Shown here one piece after another: positions 53,643 through 64,000 of a stretch of DNA of 64,000 bases. Position 1 is the stretch's first letter, and every line of letters starts with the position of its first letter. The DNA comes from Octopus vulgaris. Taxonomy: Eukaryota. Location: positions 9,610,001 through 9,674,000 of the forward strand of contig OX597820.1 in the NCBI GenBank assembly GCA_951406725.2. The letters are read 5' to 3'. Under the pieces are notes generated by a model. The model had not been told where the DNA came from. It did no database searches and worked only from the letters and a program-made list of their open reading frames with translations. The translations under genes were made by a program, and so were the position numbers.

Positions 53643-54319
53643 GGCATTCTTTCGATATAACTCGACAAACTCAACATTTGACAACATTTAACTTCGGGTA
53701 TTTCCGTGACAGTTGCTGAAATGGGAGGAAGAGAAAAAAGGTAATGGGTTGTGTATGCGTGTTTGTCTGTGTGTGCGTACATGTTCTGTTTTTATGTGTT
53801 GTGGGTGGAGGGGCGTGGTTAGGGTGTTAGCATCATGATCGTAAGTTTGTGGTTTCGATTCCTGGATCGGGCGACGCGTTGTGTTCTTGGGCAAAACACT
53901 TCATTACACGTTGCTCCAGTCCACTCAGCTGGCAAAAATGAATAATGCTGTGATGGACCGGTGTCCCATCCAGCTTGGGAACACATATGCCCTGGAAACC
54001 GGGCCCATGAGCCTGGCTAGGCTTTAAAAGGGCACAATTATTATGATGTGTTGTGGGATATAGATATAACAAAATTATGACAGCAATGTCTCGAAGAAAA
54101 AAAAGCCTTGCATATTTGTTCTTATCTGCTTCATGTGTGTATGTAAAATCCGTAAATTTCCAAGCAGAAAACAGAATCGAAGTTTACACAGACAAGAACA
54201 AGCACGCACACACAACCCATTAGCTTTCTTCTCCTCCTCCCATTTCAGCAACTGTCACCGAAATACCCGAAGTCAAATGTCAAATCTTGAGTTTGTCGAG
54301 TTATATCAAAGCGAACGCC
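53643..54319. mobile_element. Mutator-like MITE with about 120-bp imperfect TIRs, carrying a SINE insertion
   Basis: Exact 9-bp TSD AATTGATTC (53634-53642, 54320-54328); TIRs start GGC; internal part related to 37140-37305, 37720-38080 and 55190-55360. Confidence 0.8.
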
Positions 54320-55087
54320 AATTGATTCCTTTTACACATAGAAAAATAAGGAAACAAAGTTTGGCAGGTGGGGAGGCTCTAAACTGCAATTATCTTTTAT
54401 CGTTTACTTGTTTCAGTCATTAGAATGCAACCATGTTTGGGCATCAACTTGAAGAATTTTAGTGGAACAAATCCACCTCAGGACTTATTCTTTTTTAAGC
54501 CTAGTATTTATTCCACTGGTCTCTTCTGCTGAATGGCTATGTTAAGAGAACGTAAACACACCAACACCGATTGACAAACAGTGGTGGTGGTTGGACACAC
54601 ACACACATATCTACGCTGGCCTTCTTTTGATTTCCATCTACCAAATCCACTCACAATTATTTCGTTGGCCCAAGGTTGTAGTAGAGTGTAGTGGGACTGA
54701 ACCTGGTTAGGAAGCAAGGAAAAGAGGAGATGGCCACAGCTGGAACACTTTTAAAAGAGACAGGCATTTAGAAAAACTAGCAGCAGTGTTTAAAACAATC
54801 AACATAACTGAAATATTTAAATCCCGTTTGAAACAAAATTTTAAAAATTGATAAATTTCATCAACATATTTGACCCCTTAACCTAAGCCCTTTCACAAAT
54901 GCATATTTTTGCCTGTGCCAAGTTCTTTTCCATTTTGAACATTTTCTCTTTTATTAGTTTGTAGTTGCTAAGCTTCCTCAAAGACAAAATCCCATTACTC
55001 TCTTCATTGGGAAAGATGCTTCCCAACCACTTAATGCTTTGAAAACTTGAACGCTTAGAGATGGTGATGGATAGGAAGAAGAAGAAG

Positions 55088-55165
55088 ATGAGTAAAATAG
55101 CATTACCAAGTAAAACCAGGAAAGCGTTCTGTAAGAAATGCTTGAGTATTGAACCCCACAAGGTA
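55088..55165 (+). pseudogene. Possible eL42/RPL36A-like fragment
   Basis: MSKIALPSKTRKAFCKKCLSIEPHKV resembles the RPL36A N-terminus ([20 protein letters not shown]); only faint continuation near 55690-55800. Confidence 0.35.
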
Positions 55166-58100
55166 TTTGGTATTCTTTTGAGATGACTCGATAGAATCAA
55201 AACACCACAAAACATAAATACATAAAAACGGAACAGGCACACACAGACAGACAAGAGCAAGCACACATACACACACACATACAGAGACAAGAACAAGCAT
55301 ACACAGACAAGAACAAGCACACACACACACAGACAAGAACAAGCATGCACATACACACACAGATATTATTATTATTCCGGTCACTGCCTGGAATCGAACT
55401 CGGAATCTTGGGGTTAGTAGCCTGTGCTCTTAACCCCAAGATTCTGAGTTCAATTCCAGGCAGTGACCTGAATAATAATAATAATAGTAACAACAACAGC
55501 ATTGAAAAATATCTTAGGAATGAGAACCCAGGTTCGAAATTTCCCCAAGACACCTGATGAAGGCTGGAGGGTATATCAGCCGAAACGTGTTAACAACAAA
55601 CAAGATGAGGACAAATATCCGTCAAATGTGAATAACATATAAACTATGTTAGCATAGAAAACATCAAAAGATGATGATGATATATTGTATCCATGGTAAA
55701 GAGAACTTTGGTTCGGTTTGACTAATAGAAAGTACCACAGTATATGACAAACTAACCAGCCAGAAACTCTAAAATTAACAAAAAGATTACTGTGCTGTGT
55801 TCAATTCTGTCTGAAGAATCCAAAACTGTTCTTGGATCAGAGTCCATCAGTTATATCCAGTCTGTCTCATCCCTGGATCTAGACTGGTTCTGATTTTGGG
55901 CAGAATATGATGGCTTGCTTGCAAAGACTCATCCATGTTAAAGTATCCATGTTCAAGCAAAACACCATCAGCTCATTTTTCTTTGGTCTGACAAATTGCT
56001 TTTAGAAGAAGCCAAAATTCAATTCTCGCAGAAGAATGAAAAACTTGTGTTGGTGTAATTTACTCTTCTATGTTGATTTTCCCATGCTAGCATGGGTTAG
56101 GTGATTACATGTTATTGAAGCATTGTTTTACAGCTGGATGCCCTCCCTGTTGCTAACCTTTCATCATCATCAATATCCACTTCTTCATGCTTATAGATGG
56201 AAATTGTTGAGGCAGATTTTCTGTGGTCGGATGCCCTTCTTGTTTTCCAATCAAGGTAATATTTTCCCATGGCCAGACGTGTTTTTCATGGAAGACTGGA
56301 AATAAACAACCTCGCTTATATGACAGTGGCGCTCATTTACAACCATCACATGATGTCCAGACAAAGGGTACACACATTATACCAAACTTTCTTAAGAACC
56401 ACTTTAGCAAAACTGCTCGGAATCACTCAAAATTTTGGCTTTCACAATTTCTCTGTTACAATCACATGTCTATAACATAACCAAAAACAATGTCCTAAAC
56501 TTTTTATTTCTCCTCAAGACCTCGAAATGCTTCAATTCCAAATGGTTGTTATCGGGCCAGAAACTGGGATTGCATCTGAAAACGAAGGGAGATAACTCAA
56601 GTAAAATTCTACATTCATTTCTTTTTATTAAATAATGTACAGTCGGTGGACGTAAAGAATGTGGACTGCACCCCACTGGTTTTTTTTAAAATTTTAATTT
56701 AATTTTGGTCAGCCTGGGGCTATAAAAGAAGACACTTGAAGCACCACACTGTAGGACTGAACCCAAGACCATATGTTTGAGGAGCACGCTTCTCAACCAT
56801 GTAGCCACACCAAAGCCTAATAGAAACCACCTCACAAGGCTTTGGTTGGCCTCAGGCTATAGTAGAAGATACTTGCCGAAGGTACCACACAGCCACTCCT
56901 GCACCTATATGTGCAAAACATGTCAACAAGATAAGATAAGAGTTATTAACAGAATACTGATTGTAAGTGTCCACCAATGCTGTGGCCTCAACCTTTCCTC
57001 TTTCTTATAATTTTTTAGGCTGCTACCATAGAGTTTAAGATTGATGAAAACGGTGAGTTGTTCTCAAGAGGTGAACTTTGTGAAGATCATAATAAAAGAT
57101 TTCAATAAATGGCAAGATGCTGTCCTGGTCTGTGCAGGTTTGGAAAAGTTGATGTAAACTGGTTGTTGTGGTAATAATAAAGACGAAGACAGTATAGTTC
57201 CTGATATAGAAAATGACAGGATGGTCATTGTTGGACTCAGCCCTTTATACACAGTTTTTCTTTTGGTCATCATTTCATTTTGCTGTATGTATATGTGTCA
57301 AACACCAACTCTCTGCCTAGGAATTGAACCTGAATCACTATTTCTGGACATAAAAACAGGATTTTGTCCAGGATTGATGGTGTCAGCAGAGAGCTAACCA
57401 CTTGGGTCCTGAGTAGATACATTAAGAACTTGTTTACATCAGTAGCTGGGCTGACTTACAAAATCACAATAGACCAGCAGGTGCTTAACCTGCTAGGATC
57501 CTAGTTCTTGTAAACAACATATGGGAATGTCATTAACAGTTTTGACTTTGGTGCCTTTTCTTTGACAGGCCATTATCATTATCATCATCATCATCGTTTA
57601 ACGTCCGTTTTCCATGCTAGCATGGGTTGGACGGTTCAACCGGGGTCTGGGAAGCCAAGAAGCTGCACCAGACTCCAGTCTGATCTGGCAGTATTTCTAC
57701 GGCTGGATGCCCTTCCTAATGCCAACCACTCCATGAGTGTAGTGGGTGCTTTTTATGTGCCACCAGCCCAGGGGCCAGAGGAGGCAGGCAATGGCCACGA
57801 TCGGTTGGTGCTTTTTACGTGACACCAGCATGGAAGCCAGTCAAGGCAGCACTGGCATCGGCCACGTTCAGATGGTGCTTTTTATGTGCCACCGGCACAG
57901 GTATCACAACTACAATTTTCATTTGATTTTTAATTAGATGTTGATGTACTTGACTCAATAGGTCTCCATCTGTGGAATTGCTGACAATGCATCTCACAAA
58001 GTCACGCATAAACTGATTCATTTGATGTAAATATCTCTTCCTCTGTCATCATTAGCCCGTCATTACAGACATAACAAAGTATTATATTAAAAGTGAATCA

Positions 58101-58630
58101 GTAATTACTAAATTAATACTCTTAATCAATCAACGGAAGAGTCACTTTGCCTCTTTTGTCTTGTACTTGTTTCAGTCATTTGACTGTGGCCATGCTGGGG
58201 TACTGCCCTGAAGAAATTTTAGTTGAATGGATCAAGCCCAGTATTTAATATTTTAAACCTGGTACCTATTCTATCAGTCTCTGTTGCCGAATTGCTAAGT
58301 TACGGAACATAAACACACCAACAATGGTTGGGGAGAAACACAGGCACAAAGCCACAGGCTAAGGGTTGTTTTGACTGGCAAGCGAGATGGAGTCATATAA
58401 TCAATGATTTCAGATTTGATTAATCACCATCAGTGACTCATTACTCTGTCGCCAAGGGTTAAAAACTTAACTGTTCATGTCAGTCTTGTAGAGAATATCA
58501 TAGGAAACATTGAGTGATTCTGAAAAGGGTGAAATGGCAATTATAAATTATTAAGGTGTCTATTAGCAATTTACAGCCAAAAGGCACATTTTAGCAAGTA
58601 CAGGTGACAACTCAAAGTATGTTTAATGTA

Positions 58631-59109
58631 CCGTAAATCCTCGAGTATATTCCACCCTTGAGTATAATACGCAGGGGATTTTTAGGGGGCTGTACATCTG
58701 AAAAACCTAAACTTTGTGTATAATATGCACCCCTTCTCTAACTTGAATCAAGGAGGTCTATTAACGTCCTTGGTTTGTAAAAATGTATACGGTAACGTCC
58801 TTTATTATTATTGTATATATAATATAATGCAAACGTGTAGCATTTTTGTGCATTTTGTTTGCAGAAAATAAAGAAATAACAGTAATAACGTTTAATAAAT
58901 GTTGCTTACTGCAAGTTATGGATGATTCTTTTATGACTTCATTGCTTTCAGGCTTAGCTTAAGGTATTTTCGCGCCCGGACAGCAAATAGAAACTCGGAC
59001 ATTGCTTAGAAAATAATTTTCATTTTTAACCTCGTATATAGTACGCACTAGGGATTTTGACCATTAAATTTTGGGGAAAAAAATGTGGATTATACTCGAG
59101 GATTTACGG
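58631..59109. mobile_element. Tc1/mariner (Tc2/pogo-like) MITE
   Basis: 19-bp TIR CCGTAAATCCTCGAGTATA with TA on both sides. Confidence 0.85.
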
Positions 59110-60602
59110 TATACCTCACTGAAGTGTTTCAAGAACAGTGTTACATATCCTGAGTTGTCTCCCATAATTGTTAAAATTATTCAAATAATATTAAACACTG
59201 AGTTAACGGTGTTTTTGCTTTCCTACAGATGCAGGAATGGCTGTGTGGTTAAGAAGCTCCCTTGGCAACCATTCCACTGCATGGTACCTTGAGCAAGTGC
59301 CTTCTCCTGTAATCTCAGGCTGACCAATGCCTTGTGAGTGGATTTGGTAGACAGAAATTCTGTAGAAGTGTGACAATGGCATAAAATGTCAGAAACTTTG
59401 AGAGAGCATAAAATAATTCATTTTTTTTTAAACAGTAAAGCTCCAAGCAGATAAAGCTATTAATAATGGCTACATTTGGCGTTAGGAAGGGCATCTAGCT
59501 GTAGAAACACTGGGCCTGGTGCAGCCTCCTGACTTCCCAGACCCCAGTCGAACCGTCCAACCCATGCTAGCATGGAAAGCGGGCGTTAAACGATGATGAT
59601 GATGATGATTCAATGATAGAAAAATTCCAAGGCTGCCCACGGTTTGAGTCTCATACACAACACAACATTTTCTATCCAAATGCCTTTTTAACCCAATATA
59701 TTCATGCTATTATTGATAGCTTCATAGAAGGCAGTGAACTGGCAGAACTGTTAGCACACCGAGTGAAATGCTTAGTGGTATTTTACCTGTTGTTATGGTC
59801 TAAGTACAAATTCTGCCGAGGTCAGCTTTGCCTATCATCCTTTCAGGGTCGATAAATTAAGTACCAGTGAAAAACACTGGGGTCAATATAATCAACTAGT
59901 CCATTTCCTCAAATTTCAGGCCTTATGCTCAGTAGAGAGGATTATTTTTAGCTTCATATCTGCTTAGAGTTTCAGTGCTTTGCATATATATATATATCTA
60001 TTTCTCTATTACCCACAGGGGGCTAAACATAGAGGGACAAACAAGGTCAGAGAAAGGGATTAAGTTGATGACATCAACCCCAGTGTGTAACAGGTACTTA
60101 TTTAATTGACTCTGAAAGGAGGAAAGGCAAAGTCAACCTTGGCAGAATTTAAACTCAGAACGTAGCAGCAGACGAAATACCACAAAGCATTTTGCCCAAT
60201 GTGCTAACGATCATGCCAGCTCGCCACTCATATATATATATATATCATCATCATCATTTAATGTCTGTTGTCCATGTTAGCATGCGTTGGATAGTTTGAC
60301 CAAAGCTAGTAAGCTGAGGGGCTGCACCAGATTCCAGTCTGATCTGGCATGTTTTCTATGGTTGAATGGCCTTCCTAGCGCCAACCACTCTGAGAGTGTG
60401 ATGGGAGGCTTTTATGTGCCACAGGCACAGGTGCCAGTTGCGTAACACCAGTATCTGCCATGACTGTGATTTAGCTTGGCTTTGGTCACTTGTCATTGCT
60501 TCCGTGAGGCCCAGTGCTCAAAGTTGCTTTTCATGTGCCTCCAGCATGGGCGTTAGTTCCAAGTCACTAACATCAGCCACATTGCCTCCATAAGGCTATA
60601 TG

Positions 60603-60671
<69 letters not shown>

Positions 60672-61644
60672 TCTTGTGTCTGGGGAGAGTCATTCTCTTT
60701 TGGTGCCTTATAATTTAACACACTCACTGGTAAAATTTCCACTTATTTCTTTTTTATAAGGCACAAAAAGAAAATGACTCTCCCCAGACACAATAGAATA
60801 TGCTTCAACACACAAACTCCCATAAAAAATCTTGCAAACCAAATCCAAAAATGAATTCATATACATTTGCTGCTTTCTTCCAAGGAATCTAGTGCTCTTA
60901 GCTTAGTTTTTCCTTAGGGCTGGCCAGATTGGAGCAATCTTGAGTATAACCAGCTGAAATTGTAAAGATAATCTGGAACTCAACTGAGGAAAGAAAACTC
61001 CGAATGAGCCATCCTTGTTTTCTTTGTATTGTCTGTTTGGATGTTTTGTTGTCCCTTTTTCATATCACCTAACTGTCTGGATTTTTTGCGTTCTTGTCCC
61101 ATTTTTGTATTTTGATATATATATATATCATCATCATCGTTCAACATCCACCTTCCATGCTAGCATGGGTTGGACGATTTTGACTGAGGACTGAGGAGCC
61201 AGATGGCTGCACCAGGCTCCAATCTTGATATAGCAGAGTTTCTACAGCTGGATGCCCTTCCTAATGCCAACCACTCGGAGAGTGTAGTGGGTGCTTTTTA
61301 CTGGTAATGACCTCATATATATATACACATTTAGTCAGTTAGAGAATCTCAGCTGATCAATATATAACTTCCTTAATGTCCTTTGATGATATTTCACTTG
61401 AAATCTTCAAAATGCAAACTTGTTTCATTATATGTTTCAATTTTTGTTGAGCGTAAATTGAAACAATTGTAAGCAATGATAATTAATAAATTAATTTATA
61501 TCCATTAAATCTCTCCATTTTCTTACTTAATAAAAATAATATTTGATATTAATAATTGAGGAGATATCTTTTCACAATATATATATCAAACCAGTATAAC
61601 TTGGATGGAACCACCCCATAAGGGGTTTATATAATCCTCATAGT

Positions 61645-61680
<36 letters not shown>

Positions 61681-63379
61681 CACCCACTACACTCTCAGAG
61701 TGGTTGGCATTAGGAAGGGCATTCAGTTGTAGAAACACTGCCAGATCAGATTGTCTTCTCAGACCTCAGTCAAACCATCCAACCCATGCCAGCACGGAAA
61801 ACATACATTAAACGATGATGATGTTATGTACACGTATGTTTGTGTCTATCTGTCTTGGTGTTTGTTCCACACTAGTGTTTGACAAGCAATGTTGGTTTGT
61901 TTACATCCCTGTAATTTAGCATTTTGGCTGTAGAGCCCTACAGAATAAGTACCAATCTTATAAGTACAGAGGTTGATTTGTTTGACTGAAACTGTTCAAA
62001 GTGGTGCTCCAGTTTGGCCTCAACCCAATGACTGAGACTATAAAACCTACTTACAATTATATCTTTGATGCATCTCGTTACATTACGCGTTAACACATTT
62101 GGTTTTTCATGTTGATAGGATATCTAGACACAGGTATGGCTCATCATCATCATCATCATCATCGTTTAACATCTACTTTCCATGCTAGCATGAATTGGAC
62201 GATTTGACTGAGGACTGGCGAACCAGATGACTGCACCAGGCTCCAATCTGATTTGGCAGAGTCTCTGCAGCTGGATGCCCTTCCTAACACCAACCACTCT
62301 AAGAGTGTAGTGGGTGCTTTTACGTGCCACTGGCAGGAGGGCCAGTCAGGCGGTACTGGCAATGGCCACACTGAAGTTCAGGGCCAGTTCAGCGGCACTG
62401 GCAATGACCTCGCTTGAATATTTTTCATGTGCCACAGGCACAAGTGACAGTTAGGCGACACTGGTGTGTTAGAAATTTGCTTTCCAACCATATGATACCT
62501 GGTTCAGTTCCACTGTGTGGCATTTGGGCAAATATCTTCTACAATATTCTCAGGCCGACCAAACCCCTATGAATTTATTTGGTACACGGAAACTGAAAGA
62601 AGCCTGTCGTATGTGTGTGTGTATATATATATATGTATGTATCTGTGTTTGTCCTCCACTACCGCTTGAAACATATTGATGTGTTTACATCTCCATAACA
62701 TAGCGGTTCGGCAAAAGACTCCGATAGAATAAGAACCAACCTATAAAAAAATACTAAAATCCTTGAACGCGGTGCCCCAGCATGGCCGCAGCCAAACGAC
62801 TGAAACAAGTAAAAGAAAACGTGTTCGTGTGTGAGTGAAATATACCATTAAAGTGCCAAAAAGTAGGTTTTTACGTCAACTAGTTGAATATTTAGTGAAA
62901 CGAAACTCTGTTTTGAAAGGTTTTTGTTTTTGTAAACAACCCTAGGCTTTGTTTATAATGGCGGGAAATTTACCAAAAGTACATTCGTGAAACAGAAAGA
63001 TGCTTAAATTTATAGGAATCTAAAACCAGTGCGTGTATATCTCGCAACATTCTTTATTTGTCATAGTTATCTTCGAAGTCCAGTGCGTTAAGAATGTATT
63101 AGAGATTTGTAAAACAGTGTCTCTGGCCGAAGCTAATTGTTTTTCGTTCGAAAGCCAACTCGTTAGTGCTTCCCTGTTCAAAGTAGAATTATTAAAACGG
63201 AAATTTGTTTGTAGATTTATTTGAAATAGAAACTGTGATGATGTGGCTTTCGTTCTTTGTATTTTTCCGGAGTATTAAATGCAGTACTGGAAAACAATCT
63301 GTGGAAATTTGTCAGATTATTCCCAAATTGCTTCTGTTACACCGGTTACCTTTTTTAAAAAATAAAATAGTAAAAGTCT

Positions 63380-63575
63380 AATTGACCAATCGGAGGTGAG
63401 TATGGAAGAAATCCAACCAATCAGCGAAGCGATACGGTGAGAGGTCGAAGGTCAGACGTGACGTTGATTTCCCGGTTTAATTTTTATTTTTTCTTTTCAT
63501 TCAAGTGTCCACGTTGTTAAGATTTTAGCAAAATTCCAACTATTTCTTATAACCCCGACTACCAGTGATGTAAGG
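63380..63575 (+). promoter_or_regulatory. Candidate Pol II promoter and first exon of a gene extending beyond the window
   Basis: Locally CpG-rich unique sequence; CCAAT at 63386 and 63417; GACGTGACGT near 63455; donor-like GTAAGG at 63570. Confidence 0.45.
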
Positions 63576-64000
63576 AAGCACTCAGGGTAGCGCGTTACTA
63601 TACATAGGAGAATTTCAACTTTGGTACTTGATAGATTCTTTGTTTTACATTGAAATATTTATATTTGTATATATATATATGTGTTATTTAAAAAATTAGT
63701 TTTCCAGCAGTTGATAGTTCAGAGTCGAAATCCAGTGGAACCTCGCTTTTTGCCCCCTCATTTCACTGCTGAACAATGATATAAACGAAAAGACAGTCGT
63801 TTGATTTCAAGTATGGCAGAGCCGTTTTGATTTTAGTCTCTTCACATTATTAAATAAGAAATTTACATAGAACGAAAAGTAAAAAGAAAGAGAAAAAACC
63901 TTGACCATAATTAACTACCATTTTGGAACAGACCTATTAAAGTTTCTGGCACTCATTGAAAATGATCGCAGACAGTCCAGTAATGGCGAGGTATGTGGTA

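Overview
Repeat-dense, AT-rich eukaryotic DNA. The repeat families resemble those of octopus/coleoid cephalopods (inference). Two host genes are well supported. One is a minus-strand CNDP2-like M20 metallodipeptidase, reconstructed by hand as 14 coding exons (39068 down to 11665, 471 aa, all GT-AG, phases consistent). The other is an intronless plus-strand POLR3F/RPC6 (52198-53148). Most of the rest is mobile DNA: a decayed RTE-type LINE with a PHD finger inside its RT region plus about 20 3'-end copies, CR1 fragments, several tRNA-derived SINE families, eight non-autonomous Helitrons, hAT/piggyBac/Tc2/MULE-type MITEs, probable solo LTRs and many microsatellites. Most short ORFs in the supplied track are repeat artefacts. 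Three signals stand out. (1) Minimal type I hammerhead ribozyme motifs of the Penelope/retrozyme kind occur in several families, including a 224-bp-arm palindrome encoding one on each strand. (2) A tRNA-headed SINE-like element carries a hammerhead and shows Penelope-style inverted duplications. (3) A SINE multimerises through the same internal junction at three independent loci, including a TSD-flanked 16 x 184-bp array.
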